Below are positions 10,679 to 21,893 of a DNA stretch of 32,000 nt, one piece after another. Source of the stretch: Methanocaldococcus jannaschii DSM 2661 (GTDB lineage Archaea > AGJL01 > Methanococci > Methanococcales > Methanocaldococcaceae); NCBI RefSeq assembly GCF_000091665.1, contig NC_000909.1:593581-625580 (forward strand). Reading direction: 5' to 3'. Each line of letters starts with the position of its first letter. The first letter of the stretch is position 1. Below the pieces are notes generated by a model. The model saw only the letters and a list, made by a program, of their open reading frames with translations, made no database searches and was not told the origin of the DNA. The translations under genes and the position numbers were made by a program.

Positions 10679-11641
10679 TTAGTGATAAATTATTAGCACA
10701 AATATTGCTATAAATAATGTAACCCATAATAAGATTGCATATAGAGTATATTTCCTTGCTTCCTCTTTTTTCCACCATCTATATGGAGAAATTCCATAAG
10801 CTGAGAATATAACAATGGCAGATAAATTTATTGCTATCATATTTATTAAAAATAAAATTAATGCTGAAAAACTCTGCTCAACATAACCAGCCCCTATTAG
10901 CAAACCAAACACAGCCAATGGTGGCAGTAAAGCTATAGCAATCATAACTCCAACAGCAATCGATGAAATATTAGATACCGTTGATAAACTTCCAGCAATC
11001 CCTGCCGATAATGCAATAATGATACTCCAAAAATCTAAGGTAATTCTTGAATGTATCTGTGGATTATCTAAAGATATAGGCAGATAATGCCCAGCAATCA
11101 TTGATAAAATTATAACAAAAATCAGCTCAGCTATTAGGGTCTTTATACTTTTTAATGCCAATTTATAGTCTGCTACTGTAATTGATAGTGATAAAGCTAT
11201 ATTCGGCCCTAATAAAGGAGCTATAATCATTGAAGCTATTAATAAGGCTACATCATCTTTATAAATTCCAGCTATAGCAACAATTGTTGATAATATAAGC
11301 ATTAACATATTTTCTTTACTTAGATTTGCAATATCTGAGGCTATGTTATATAGCTCTTCCCTAATTAGTCTCTCTGGTTCTTCTTTCTCTTCTTCCTCTT
11401 CAATTGGTGGATAAGTCATAGTTGGTTCAAATACAACAACTCTATAATTTGCCCCTCCATACATCTCTTTAAGTTTATCAACAATCTTCTCACTATCTTT
11501 TAATGTTGTTAAAATTTGTATAGTTGAAATCGTCCCATTTGTTTTAACATTAGCCCAAATAACCCCATCCCATTCTCTTATTTCATCAATTCCCATAAAT
11601 AAATGCTTAGGTATATGGCACTCAATAAATCTAAGTTTCAT
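10679..11641 (-). CDS. DUF389-family membrane protein
   Basis: Repeated TM segments with MIIAPLLGPNIAL and AGIAGSLSTVSNISSIAVGVMIAIALLPPLAV. Confidence 0.8.
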   Translation of the reverse strand: MKLRFIECHIPKHLFMGIDEIREWDGVIWANVKTNGTISTIQILTTLKDSEKIVDKLKEMYGGANYRVVVFEPTMTYPPIEEEEEKEEPERLIREELYNIASDIANLSKENMLMLILSTIVAIAGIYKDDVALLIASMIIAPLLGPNIALSLSITVADYKLALKSIKTLIAELIFVIILSMIAGHYLPISLDNPQIHSRITLDFWSIIIALSAGIAGSLSTVSNISSIAVGVMIAIALLPPLAVFGLLIGAGYVEQSFSALILFLINMIAINLSAIVIFSAYGISPYRWWKKEEARKYTLYAILLWVTLFIAIFVLIIYH

Positions 11642-11703
11642 AATCCCAACAATAAAAGTTTATTTGAAAATAGAATAATAATTTTATTTTATTTATTTTA
11701 TTT

Positions 11704-12654
11704 TTATTCTTTTTTCATTTCTTCCATGATTCTCTTAGCTATGCTCTCCCCATCTAAGCCATAGTATTTTAAAAGTTCATCTGCCTTTCCACTTCTTCCA
11801 AATACATCATTAATTCCAATTCTTAATAGTTTTTTATTTAAGCCGTTTGAGGCAATAACCTCAGCAACTGCTCCTCCTAAACCTCCTATAATGCTATGGT
11901 CTTCAACAGTAACAACAAAATCCTTTGATTTTTTAATAATTTCCTCATCTATTGGTTTTATTGTAGCCATCTCCACAATCTCAGCTGATATTCCATTCTC
12001 CTTTAATATTTCTCCTGCCCTTAAAGCTTCTGGCACTTCCTCTCCAGTTGCTATAATGGTTAAATCCTCTCCATCAACTAAAATCTTTCCTTTTCCTATT
12101 TCAAATGTTGCTTCCTCCTCATTTTCATAAATTATCTCAGTGTCTCTTCTTGGCATTCTTACATAAACAGGGCCTTTATACTCTGCTATAGTTCTAATAA
12201 CATTTTTTGTGTGATAGTAATCAGTTGGGGCAATAACAACCATGTTTGGGATTGCTCTCATTATAGCTATGTCCTCACACATCTGATGGGAAGCTCCATC
12301 CTCTCCAACTGTAATTCCAGCATGAGTAGCAACAATCTTCACATTCAACTTTGGATATGCCACTAAATTCCTTATTATCTCCCATGCTCTTCCAGATGCA
12401 AACATGGAGAATGACGAAGCAAAAACTATCTTACCAGTTGTTGCTAATCCCGCTGCCATTCCAATCATGTTCTGCTCTGCAACTCCTGCATTGAAAAACC
12501 TCTCTGGAAATTCCTTAGCAAACATGGCTGTTTGTGTAGAACCAGATAAATCAGCATCTAAAACTACCAAATTTTCATACTTTTTCCCTAACTCTATCAA
12601 TGTTTCTCCATACCCTTTCCTCATCCCCTTATAAACTCCACTCAACTTAACCAT
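11704..12654 (-). CDS. Transketolase, C-terminal section
   Basis: VVLDADLSGSTQTAMFAKEFPERFFNAGVAEQNMIGMAAGLA...FASSFSMFASGRAWE. Confidence 0.92.
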   Translation of the reverse strand: MVKLSGVYKGMRKGYGETLIELGKKYENLVVLDADLSGSTQTAMFAKEFPERFFNAGVAEQNMIGMAAGLATTGKIVFASSFSMFASGRAWEIIRNLVAYPKLNVKIVATHAGITVGEDGASHQMCEDIAIMRAIPNMVVIAPTDYYHTKNVIRTIAEYKGPVYVRMPRRDTEIIYENEEEATFEIGKGKILVDGEDLTIIATGEEVPEALRAGEILKENGISAEIVEMATIKPIDEEIIKKSKDFVVTVEDHSIIGGLGGAVAEVIASNGLNKKLLRIGINDVFGRSGKADELLKYYGLDGESIAKRIMEEMKKE

Positions 12655-12693
12655 GATTTTTCACCCAAAATAATTAATTTATTATTTTTGTTT

Positions 12694-13398
12694 TTACTGT
12701 TTTTCTTCATTTGAATTAAAGCTTTTAGTTAAAAAATCTTTGTTTAAAGCTTCTAAAGCTGCCTCTCTTAAGTTTTTAACGGCTGTTTTAACATCATCCT
12801 TTCCAAATATTGCAGATGCAGCAACTAAAACATCAGCTCCAGCTTTTACTGCCAATGGAGCTGTTTCAACATTTATTCCTCCATCAACGAATATTTTTGT
12901 ATCATATCCATTTTCAACAATCATGCTCTTTAACTTTCTAATCTTCTTTGTCATCACTGGAATAAACTTTTGTCCAGAAAAGCCAGGTTCAACAGTCATA
13001 ACTAAAACAGCATAAACATCTCCCAAAATATACTCTATTGCATCCAAAGGTGTTGCCGGGTTTAAAGCAACTATCGGCTTAGCTCCAATACTTTTAATCC
13101 TATTTATAATTCTAAAAGGAAACTTAACCGCCTCTATGTGGAATGTTATATAATCCATCTCCTCAAATTCATTAACAAATAAATCAACATTTTCCACCAT
13201 TAAATGCACTTCTACTGGGAGTTCTGTTAGCTTTTTAACATGCTTTGCAATTCCAATTCCCATGCTTATATTTGGGACAAAGTGACCGTCCATCATATCA
13301 ACATGAAAGAAATCAACCCCTGCTTCCTCTGCCTTTTTAATCTCCTCCCTTAAATGCCCAAAATCAGCAGATAGTATTGAAGCTCCAATTTTAATCAT
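12694..13398 (-). CDS. rpe: Ribulose-phosphate 3-epimerase
   Basis: IKIGASILSADFGHLREEI, FHVDMMDGHFVPNISMG, and VMTVEPGFSGQKFIP. Confidence 0.93.
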   Translation of the reverse strand: MIKIGASILSADFGHLREEIKKAEEAGVDFFHVDMMDGHFVPNISMGIGIAKHVKKLTELPVEVHLMVENVDLFVNEFEEMDYITFHIEAVKFPFRIINRIKSIGAKPIVALNPATPLDAIEYILGDVYAVLVMTVEPGFSGQKFIPVMTKKIRKLKSMIVENGYDTKIFVDGGINVETAPLAVKAGADVLVAASAIFGKDDVKTAVKNLREAALEALNKDFLTKSFNSNEEKQ

Positions 13399-13421
13399 TT
13401 AAATCACCAAAAAATAAAATT

Positions 13422-14246
13422 TTATTCACTTAATTCTTCTAATGCTTGTTTTAATTGTTCTTCATTTGGAGCCTTTCCATGGAATGCAACATTATTCTCC
13501 ATGAATGAAACTCCCTTACCTTTAACGGTATATGCAATAATCATCTTTGGTTTGCCATTTTTCATGCTTTTGGCTTTTTCTACAGTATTTATAATCTCTT
13601 CAAAGTTATGTCCATCTATTTCAAAGACATCCCATCCAAATGCCTCAAATTTAGCTTTTATATCTCCTAAACTCATAACATCCTCAGTACATCCATCTAT
13701 CTGCAGTTTATTTCTATCAATAAAGGCAATTAAGTTATCCAACTTGTAGTGGGCTGCTGCCATTGCAGCTTCCCAAACTATACCCTCTTGACATTCTCCA
13801 TCCCCTAATAAGACATAAACGTAGTTGTTTAACTTATCTAATCTACATCCCAAAGCCATTCCTACTGCTGCTGAAAAACCTTGTCCCAATGAACCGGTGC
13901 AAATCTCAACTCCTGGTGTATCCATTGATGGGTGTCCTTGCAACTTCCCTTCCAATCTTCTCAATTTCCATAACTCCTCCTCTTCTATTATACCCAACTC
14001 AGACAAAACTGCATATAATGCTGGAGCAGCATGTCCTTTACTTAAAACAAACCTATCTCTATCTTTTTTATATGGATTATCTGGAGAGTAGTTCATTAGT
14101 TTAAAGTATAGAGCTACTATAATATCAGTTGCTGATAAACTTCCACCTGGATGTCCAGACTTTGCTAAACCAACCATTTTTACAATATTATATCTAACCT
14201 TTTTTGCTATTTTTTCCAAATCTTTTATTTCTAAGTTATTATCCAT
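13422..14246 (-). CDS. Transketolase, N-terminal section
   Basis: [35 protein letters not shown], and the TPP motif [32 protein letters not shown]. Confidence 0.93.
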
Positions 14247-14402
14247 AGTTTCACCTTTTTAAGATTTAAAAAATAATATCATTACTCAATGAATTAATAA
14301 AAAAAGCAAAAACAAAAAATCCATAATGATGTTATGCTAAAATAATTGTTAGTCATATTTAAAACTTACACCTAAAAATAATAGATAGTAAATAGAGGAA
14401 GT

Positions 14403-17309
14403 TTATCCTTTAATAACTCCTAATGGTCTCATTCTTGCTACTTTTAATGATATTCCAGCTTTATGACATGTATCTGCGACTAAATCAACACTCTTATATG
14501 CCTCTGGTGCTTCCTCTGCCATAACTGCCTTTGAATCACTCATGGCAACGATTCCCATCTCTGCCAATCTTCTTTGTATCTCTTTACCCTTCCACAACTT
14601 TAATGCCTTAGCCCTACTTAGCTTTCTACCGGCTCCATGTGCCGTTGAACCAAACGTCTCTTTCATAGCAATCTCTGTCCCTCTCATTAAGTAAGAGGCG
14701 GTTCCCATATCTCCAGGAATAATAACCGGCTGTCCAACACTCCAATATTCTTTTGGAATTGCCTCATGCTTTGGTGGGAATGCCCTTGTAGCTCCTTTTC
14801 TATGCACTATAACTTTTACCTTCCTTCCATCTATTATGTGTTCTTCTTTCTTAGCTATGTTGTGGGCTACATCATAGACAATATTCATCTCTAAATCCTC
14901 AGCATGTATTTTAAATACTTCTTCAAAGCTCTCTCTAACCCAGTGAGTAATCATCTGTCTATTTGCCCATGCATAGTTTGCTCCACAGCACATTGCTTTA
15001 AAGTAACTCTGCCCTTCTTCTGATTCAAATGGAGCACATGCCAACTGTCTATCTGGAAGTTTTATTCCATAGTTTTTGGCTGCTTTTTCCATAATTCTTA
15101 AATAATCAGTACAGATTTGATGCCCTAAACCTCTTGAACCGGTGTGCACTAAAACAACAACTTGATTTTCCTCTATTCCATATATTTCAGCAGCTTCCTC
15201 ATCAAATACCTTTTCAACATACTGCACTTCTAAGAAGTGGTTTCCACTTCCTAAACTTCCTAATTGAACTCTTCCTCTCTCTTTTGCTTTATCTGAGACA
15301 TAGGAAGCATCTGCATCTTTTAAACAGCCATGTTCTTCAATAAACTCTAAATCTTCCTTCCATCCATAACCCTCTTTAACAGCCCATCTAACTCCTTCCT
15401 CTAATACATCATCCATAACACTTTTGCTGAATTTTAAAATTCCCTTACTTCCCAAACCAGAAGGGACATTTTTGAATAAGGTTTTTATAAGCTCTTTTAT
15501 CTTTGATTGAACTTCTTCTTTTGTTAAATTTGTTCTTATAAGCCTAACTCCACAGTTATGGACAACTATGCTATTTGCTATGAAGTTGTGTTCTTTGCTT
15601 ACTATTCCAACATCATACAATTTTGAATCATAAGAAATTTCTTCAATCTCCTTTATCTTGTCTATTACAAATCCTCCAATAACCCCATATTTTTCAATAA
15701 ATTCCTCAAACTTTGGGAATTTTGTTGAAATTCTTACATCATCTTCATCCAAGTTTTCATATACTGCCCTCTCAATTAATCTTTTGCTTATAAACTCATT
15801 TCTAAATTCATCCATCTTTAACATTTCTGAGACTGTTACTCCTTTTTTATAAAGTTCTTTTGCTCTTTTAATACATTTTTTTCTAATTTCTTTTGCAATA
15901 TCCTTCCTTCTTAAGTATTCATAAGCCAACAATCCAATAACTTTTTTCTCCCCTGAATATTCATAGTTTATTCTTCCTAAGAAGTTCTTTATGCTCTCTT
16001 CCCCAACAATTGCCAGTCTGTATGAAACTCTACCATCTAAAGATTTTATCTCATAAATCATACTTTCAATGTCAAACTCAGCCAATAATAGCTTAATTTC
16101 ATTTAAAAACTCTAAGATATTTTCTTTTAGCTCTTCACTCTTTGACATCGTTAAGTTTATTGGTAATGGTGTGTAGTTTTTAAACACTGCCCTACTTCCA
16201 TCAGCTCCAAACAATCCAGCTAAGAAGTTTCTCTTTACCCATTTTGGAGCTTTCTTTATCCACTCTGGGATTTTGTATATCTGCTCTGTCTTTTTACCAA
16301 TTGGCATTCCCAATTTATGCATGAACAATGCAAATGCCTTTGAAGTTATTTTTATAGAGTTGTCTTCACACAAGCTTGTATATTCATCTCCGTAGGCATT
16401 TCTTATCTCAACTTCCCTCTTCCTTGAATATATTCTTGAAGCTTTTATTCCTAATTTCTCTAAATCTTCTCTAATTTTAATAAGCGTCTCTCTCTTTCCA
16501 TAAAATGCCACATACAACCTCTCTCTATCCCCATTCTCTTTAACTATACTTCCATCTCCAAATGCAAAACCTAACAATCTTGCAATAATACCAATATTTT
16601 TGTTGTCCATTCTAAGTGGTAATAACCCTCTATCTTTTAGATATTTGATAATCTGTTTATCATACTCTGCAAAATCATCCTCATCTAATATTATCTCATC
16701 AGACGGTTCTTCATATTCAACCCCTTCATAAGGATAAACTATTACATCATCCCCTTCTTTTAACATGCCCATTGGTACATAACCGTTTAATGTTAAAACT
16801 GGATGGTCTTTACTTCCCTCTAAAACTCTTCCAGATTCTGTTTTTATCCTTATTATCTTCTCATCTGCATATCTTTCAGAGACAAACAATATGTTTGAAC
16901 TCTTTTCTCCCTCCTCTGTATTATAAATCTTAATATGTAAATCCAATTTTTCTTTTAGTTTTTCCAATTTTATGTAATATCCATCATCCGTTAATATTTT
17001 TGAGTTTGATGTAAGGCAGTTGATATCAAAACCAACCCCTCCAGGGCTTATAACTCCTTCTCTTTGGTCAAAAGCCGCTACCCCGCCAATCGCGAACCCA
17101 TAACCGTAATGCACATCAGGCATAGCTATAGAATACTTATAAATCCCAGGCAAGCATGCAACGTTCGCTATTTGTTCTAAAACCTCTGGTTCTAACTCAT
17201 CTAATAGGATTTCGTTTAAGTAGATTCTTCCAGGAACTCTCATGCAATCTTTGTAATCCTTAGGTAATTCCCATACTACATCGGAGACCCTTTTTAATAC
17301 ATCTTTCAT
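14403..17309 (-). CDS. rtcB: RNA-splicing ligase RtcB, interrupted by an in-frame intein
   Basis: Exteins: [34 protein letters not shown] + [10 protein letters not shown]...[10 protein letters not shown]...[13 protein letters not shown]. Confidence 0.97.
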   Translation of the reverse strand: MKDVLKRVSDVVWELPKDYKDCMRVPGRIYLNEILLDELEPEVLEQIANVACLPGIYKYSIAMPDVHYGYGFAIGGVAAFDQREGVISPGGVGFDINCLTSNSKILTDDGYYIKLEKLKEKLDLHIKIYNTEEGEKSSNILFVSERYADEKIIRIKTESGRVLEGSKDHPVLTLNGYVPMGMLKEGDDVIVYPYEGVEYEEPSDEIILDEDDFAEYDKQIIKYLKDRGLLPLRMDNKNIGIIARLLGFAFGDGSIVKENGDRERLYVAFYGKRETLIKIREDLEKLGIKASRIYSRKREVEIRNAYGDEYTSLCEDNSIKITSKAFALFMHKLGMPIGKKTEQIYKIPEWIKKAPKWVKRNFLAGLFGADGSRAVFKNYTPLPINLTMSKSEELKENILEFLNEIKLLLAEFDIESMIYEIKSLDGRVSYRLAIVGEESIKNFLGRINYEYSGEKKVIGLLAYEYLRRKDIAKEIRKKCIKRAKELYKKGVTVSEMLKMDEFRNEFISKRLIERAVYENLDEDDVRISTKFPKFEEFIEKYGVIGGFVIDKIKEIEEISYDSKLYDVGIVSKEHNFIANSIVVHNCGVRLIRTNLTKEEVQSKIKELIKTLFKNVPSGLGSKGILKFSKSVMDDVLEEGVRWAVKEGYGWKEDLEFIEEHGCLKDADASYVSDKAKERGRVQLGSLGSGNHFLEVQYVEKVFDEEAAEIYGIEENQVVVLVHTGSRGLGHQICTDYLRIMEKAAKNYGIKLPDRQLACAPFESEEGQSYFKAMCCGANYAWANRQMITHWVRESFEEVFKIHAEDLEMNIVYDVAHNIAKKEEHIIDGRKVKVIVHRKGATRAFPPKHEAIPKEYWSVGQPVIIPGDMGTASYLMRGTEIAMKETFGSTAHGAGRKLSRAKALKLWKGKEIQRRLAEMGIVAMSDSKAVMAEEAPEAYKSVDLVADTCHKAGISLKVARMRPLGVIKG
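15555..17018 (-). other. Intein (488 aa, residues 98-585) inserted before the RtcB active-site Cys
   Basis: Begins [13 protein letters not shown] and ends [10 protein letters not shown], followed by +1 Cys (CGVRL). The central region has [10 protein letters not shown]-type LAGLIDADG homing endonuclease motifs. Boundaries were obtained by residue counting. Confidence 0.95.
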
Positions 17310-17335
17310 TATGCATCACCATTAATGTGTTTTTA

Positions 17336-18115
17336 TTAATGCACACAAATGCCTTTAATAGCTATATCTTTCTTCTTTATGGTATTTATTACCTCATCTA
17401 TGTATCTTTTAAATGCTGTTTTATTGCTAATTATTTCATAACTCTCTGGATAGTTTTGCTCTAAGTAGTGTTTAAACTCTCTGCTTGCCTTTAAATTCAA
17501 AAATTCAAAGTAATAAAAGTTGGTAAAGGGCTTTGTCTCACCTATTATATATTCAACATCAATCAAATCTGGGATTATTGGAGATATAAAGGCATAGTTT
17601 TTAATGCCGTTTTCATAGAGTGTTTTTAAGGCATCTATTCTCTTCTCATTGCTTGGAGAGAACGGCTCAATATCTTTTTTAAGATTTCCTTCAAAGTTGT
17701 TAATGGTTAAGCCAACCTCTATACTGCTGAACTTTTTAAATAAATCCATATCTCTCAAAACCAAATCTGATTTTGTTAGTATAGATAGCTCAGCCCTCTT
17801 ATCAATATTTTTTAAGATATTCCTTGTTAGTTTAAAATCTTTTTCTATCGGTCGATAGGCATCTGAAACACTACTCATATATATTTTTCCTTTGATGTGT
17901 TTGTTTTTAATTAAATCTGGTAGATTTTCTTTAACAACAACCCAACTGCCCCATTTTCCATAATTATACCATTTACACATAAATCTTGCATAGCAGTATT
18001 TACATGCATATTGGCATCCAATATATTGATTTATAACATACTTTGCTCCGGGTATCTTTGTTGGGTTAATAGGTTTTTTAGCTTTAATTTTTATTATTTC
18101 TATTTTACTATTCAT
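17336..18115 (-). CDS. SPL-family radical SAM protein
   Basis: YIGCQYACKYCYARFMC, plus SDAYRPIEKDFKLTR and SILTKSDLVLRD. Confidence 0.85.
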   Translation of the reverse strand: MNSKIEIIKIKAKKPINPTKIPGAKYVINQYIGCQYACKYCYARFMCKWYNYGKWGSWVVVKENLPDLIKNKHIKGKIYMSSVSDAYRPIEKDFKLTRNILKNIDKRAELSILTKSDLVLRDMDLFKKFSSIEVGLTINNFEGNLKKDIEPFSPSNEKRIDALKTLYENGIKNYAFISPIIPDLIDVEYIIGETKPFTNFYYFEFLNLKASREFKHYLEQNYPESYEIISNKTAFKRYIDEVINTIKKKDIAIKGICVH

Positions 18116-18144
18116 TATTAGCCCCTTATAAAGTTTTTGCTTAT

Positions 18145-19257
18145 CTATTTGTTTAAAAATTCCTTAATTCTCTCTAAACCCTCTTTAATGTTTTCATAGG
18201 AGTTGGCATAGCTAATCCTTATATAGTTTTTCCCTTTACTACCAAAGCCTATTCCTGGAGTTAGAGCAACAAATTTCTCCTTCAATAATTTATAGGCAAA
18301 CTCTCTTCCATCTTCTCCAATGTTTGGAAATACATAGTAAGCTCCAATTGGATTATTAACCTCCCATCCAAAATCTTTAACGTATTTTAAAACTAATCTC
18401 CTCCTTCTATCAAATTCTTTTATCATGCTGTTTATTTCTCTTTCAGTTTCTTTCTCAAACGCCTTTAATGCCGCATATTGAGATATGGTTGGAGCAGAGA
18501 TAAATAAATTCTGCTGTAATTTTAAAATTGCTTCAATAATCTCATCGTTAGATATAACATAACCTATTCTCCACCCAGTCATTGCATACAACTTAGAGAA
18601 TCCATTAATTAAAATGGTTTTTTCCAAATTTTCATCAAATTCAATTGCTGAATAGCATTTCCCTTCATAAACTAAGCCATTGTAGATTTCATCAGAGATT
18701 ATATAAGGGATGTTTTCATAGGCAAATTCATAAATCTCTCTATCTATAACTTCTCCCAATGGGTTTGAAGGAGAGTTTATAATTATAGCCTTTGTTTTAT
18801 CAGATAAAGCTTCCTCTAAGCTCTCAACTGTAAAATCACAAAACACTGGCTTAGCTCCTAAGAATCTGATAAAATTCTTATAGCATGGATAGCATGGATT
18901 TTGAATTAAAACCTCATCTCCATCATCTATTATTGAAGATAGAGCAAAAAACAGCCCTAAAGAACTCCCTCCAGTAATGATTATGTTATCTGGGATTATA
19001 TCTGCCTTGTATTTATCTTTATATAGCTCACTAATTTTCTCTCTTAACTCTAAAATACCTCTACTGTCGGTATAGTGTGTTTTTCCTTCTTTTAAAGATT
19101 TAATTCCTTCATCAACAATAGGTTTTGGTGTGTTAAAATCTGGCTCTCCTATCTCTAAGTGTATAACTTTCTTCCCTTCACTCTCTAATTTTTGTGCTAA
19201 TGCTAAAATATCCATAACTTCAAATGATTCAAAATTTAAGAGCCTTTTTGATAGCAT
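18145..19257 (-). CDS. PLP-dependent class I/II aminotransferase
   Basis: HLEIGEPDFNTP, IINSPSNPLGEVID, and ILINGFSKLYAMTGWRIGY. The start was set at the internal Met, MLSKRLLN. Confidence 0.9.
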   Translation of the reverse strand: MLSKRLLNFESFEVMDILALAQKLESEGKKVIHLEIGEPDFNTPKPIVDEGIKSLKEGKTHYTDSRGILELREKISELYKDKYKADIIPDNIIITGGSSLGLFFALSSIIDDGDEVLIQNPCYPCYKNFIRFLGAKPVFCDFTVESLEEALSDKTKAIIINSPSNPLGEVIDREIYEFAYENIPYIISDEIYNGLVYEGKCYSAIEFDENLEKTILINGFSKLYAMTGWRIGYVISNDEIIEAILKLQQNLFISAPTISQYAALKAFEKETEREINSMIKEFDRRRRLVLKYVKDFGWEVNNPIGAYYVFPNIGEDGREFAYKLLKEKFVALTPGIGFGSKGKNYIRISYANSYENIKEGLERIKEFLNK

Positions 19258-19325
19258 GACATCACCATTTATAAACACTAAAAGGAATTATTATTAATTA
19301 ATAATACTTTTCGTGGTGGCATAAA

Positions 19326-20087
19326 ATGATTATTGCTGTGAGTGGAAAAGGTGGAGTTGGAAAGACAGCATTTACAACATTATTAATTAAGGCATTATCT
19401 AAGAAAACAAACAGTATTTTGGTTGTTGATGCAGACCCAGACTCAAATCTACCAGAAACTTTGGGAGTTGAAGTAGAAAAAACTGTTGGAGATATTAGGG
19501 AAGAGCTAAAAAAGTTAGTTGAGAGGGATGAAATTCCAGCAGGAATGACGAAATTAGATTATTTAAGGAGTAAGATTTTTGAAATTTTGGTTGAGACAAA
19601 ATATTATGATTTATTGGTTATGGGAAGGCCTGAAGGTAGTGGATGTTACTGCAGTGTAAATAACTGGCTTAGGCAGATTATAGATAACTTAGCTAAGGAT
19701 TATGAGTTTGTTGTTATAGACACTGAGGCTGGCTTAGAGCATCTCAGCAGAAGAACAACCCAAAATGTTGATGTGATGATTGTTATAACTGATGCATCAA
19801 AGAGAGGTTTAGGGACTGCAAAGAGAATTAAAAAATTAGCTAATGAGTTGGAGGTTAAGTTTAAAGACATCTATGTTGTTGCAAATAAGGTTAAACCAGA
19901 GTATGAAGAGCTAATTGATAACTATGCAAAAGAGCTTGGTTTGAATTTAATTGGGAAGCTTCCTTATAATAAGGAAATAGCTGAGTATGATTTAAAAGGC
20001 ATTCCTTTATGGAATCTTCCAGAAAATAATGAAGTTTATAAAAAAGTTGAGGAAATTGCTGAGAAGATAATTAATAAAAAATTTTAA
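19326..20087 (+). CDS. CooC-like nickel-insertion / MinD-superfamily P-loop ATPase
   Basis: VSGKGGVGKTAFTTLL, PEGSGCYCSVNNWLR, and VIDTEAGLEHLSRRT. Confidence 0.88.
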   Translation: MIIAVSGKGGVGKTAFTTLLIKALSKKTNSILVVDADPDSNLPETLGVEVEKTVGDIREELKKLVERDEIPAGMTKLDYLRSKIFEILVETKYYDLLVMGRPEGSGCYCSVNNWLRQIIDNLAKDYEFVVIDTEAGLEHLSRRTTQNVDVMIVITDASKRGLGTAKRIKKLANELEVKFKDIYVVANKVKPEYEELIDNYAKELGLNLIGKLPYNKEIAEYDLKGIPLWNLPENNEVYKKVEEIAEKIINKKF

Positions 20088-21826
20088 GATATTAATTCCA
20101 ATATTTTCTCTAAGATTAATTTTTCTCTAAGCTCTATAAATCTATTAAAGTTCTCTTCAATTTCATCTTTTGATAATGAATCATCGGTATTTCTTAGAAT
20201 TTCAAACATTTCTTCATTTATAAAATGCCCTTTTAGAATTTCTTTAACTTTATTTACTGCTTCATCTTCGGATAATCCTTTATTTTTCTGAATTTCTATC
20301 ATTTCTTTGACATATTTGGATGGTGATTTTTTTGAGATTTTCTTATTGGTTTCATCAAGAATGGGTGTTTTATTTAAAACTGAATCTATATATTCATTGG
20401 ATATGCCTTTATTTCTTAAAAATCCTTTAGGAAATATATGATGGTCTTCAAGCTTATAGTAGGCAATATTATCAGGCTTATAGAAATCCATTGGTTTATT
20501 TTTAAATATCAAATTAAATACTCCCTTATATTTTGAACTTCCAGAACTTTTAACTTTCTTTAAACTGTATGCTCCATATTGTATTTCAATCTTTAAGTTT
20601 TCAACGACTTCTGGAATTTTGTTATTGTTCTCAATCCATTGTGAAACTTCTTTAAAATCTTTCATCATCTTGGATTCTGTAGAACCCGAGTATCTCTCAG
20701 AAAATACTGAACTCCAATACCATTTATTAACTTTGTCCATATCTGGAATATCATGTTTTAAAAAGAATGCCAACATCATCGTTATTGTTGGTGTATATGG
20801 ATTCCATTTTTTAATATCTGCAATTCCATATTCGCTAATATCAAAAATTCTTTGAAATACTTTATTTTCAGCAATATCTACAACTCTATTCCATGATTCA
20901 TCATTTAAAATGGAGTTATCAATTTTAATTAAATCTCTTGACTTGATGCTCATTCCTTTACTTAAAGCTAATGCCTGAATAAACATATAAGGCACTTTTG
21001 TATCCTCAACATCACCTGCAAAATTTTTAATGCGAATGTTATTTTCAAACGCTTCTGCCCACTTTTCCCTTAATTTTATAAATTTATAAAATCTTGCAAC
21101 CAATAAATCGTAAGGCGATAATTTTATACCAGTTTTGTTTATTCTTTCGAATAACACTACAACTTGTTCGGGTTTATCATTGTAAGATAATCCTAAAATT
21201 AGTGTAGGAACTTTATATTCCAATATGTTATGCATATAATTAAATACTTCTTCAGGAAAAATTTCACTAAAATGCTTATACCATATCTTATAAAATTTAT
21301 TTGAATTTGATAAAAATGTTAATGGGAAAAATCTTTTTTCTTTTAATTTTTCTATATCGAAAGAATTATCTTCATTTAATAAAGCTTTATATTGTCTACA
21401 ATCTTTAGACAGGCTAAAAACAGAATTATCAATATCATCTTCAACTAATTTGTTTAAATCTATAAAAAACGCATAAGGTTTTGTAGTATTTTTTAATGGA
21501 AAATTTGGGCTATATATTGCATAAAATAATGACGTTAGTCTTTGCTGACCATCAAGAACCAAAATTCTTGGTTTTCTTAATGTTATATTAGGATTTAATT
21601 CCTCTGCCCCCCTAATGTAGATTGTCCCAAATGGTGGATTTTCAGGATTTATTTCTTGGATTAAAAAAGTTCCTATAAACATATTTTCCAAAAGAGATTT
21701 AATTAGTTCTTCTATATCTTGTCTTGTCCAGACAAAATTTCTCTGAAAATCAGGGAGTGCTACTTCCCCTTCGTATGCTTTTTTTACTAAATCTAAAAGG
21801 TTCTTTGTATCATGACTCAACTCCAT
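20084..21826 (-). CDS. DUF262-type protein with C-terminal HNH/DUF1524-like motif (GmrSD-like architecture)
   Basis: LPDFQRNFVWTRQDIEELIKSLLENMFIGTFLIQ, LVLDGQQRLTSLFYAIY, FERINKTGIKLSPYDLLVARF, and YKLEDHHIFPKGFL. Confidence 0.8.
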   Translation of the reverse strand: MELSHDTKNLLDLVKKAYEGEVALPDFQRNFVWTRQDIEELIKSLLENMFIGTFLIQEINPENPPFGTIYIRGAEELNPNITLRKPRILVLDGQQRLTSLFYAIYSPNFPLKNTTKPYAFFIDLNKLVEDDIDNSVFSLSKDCRQYKALLNEDNSFDIEKLKEKRFFPLTFLSNSNKFYKIWYKHFSEIFPEEVFNYMHNILEYKVPTLILGLSYNDKPEQVVVLFERINKTGIKLSPYDLLVARFYKFIKLREKWAEAFENNIRIKNFAGDVEDTKVPYMFIQALALSKGMSIKSRDLIKIDNSILNDESWNRVVDIAENKVFQRIFDISEYGIADIKKWNPYTPTITMMLAFFLKHDIPDMDKVNKWYWSSVFSERYSGSTESKMMKDFKEVSQWIENNNKIPEVVENLKIEIQYGAYSLKKVKSSGSSKYKGVFNLIFKNKPMDFYKPDNIAYYKLEDHHIFPKGFLRNKGISNEYIDSVLNKTPILDETNKKISKKSPSKYVKEMIEIQKNKGLSEDEAVNKVKEILKGHFINEEMFEILRNTDDSLSKDEIEENFNRFIELREKLILEKILELIS

Positions 21827-21893
21827 ACTTTCACCCTCATAATCGCCAATCTCATGTATTTCAAACGATTAAAAAAATAAAAAATAAAATTTT

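Noticed and set aside
14403-17309. RtcB ORF as a novel fusion protein
   Set aside because: The extra 488 residues have intein boundary residues (Cys1, HN, Cys+1) and LAGLIDADG-type motifs. It is an intein, not a new domain fusion.
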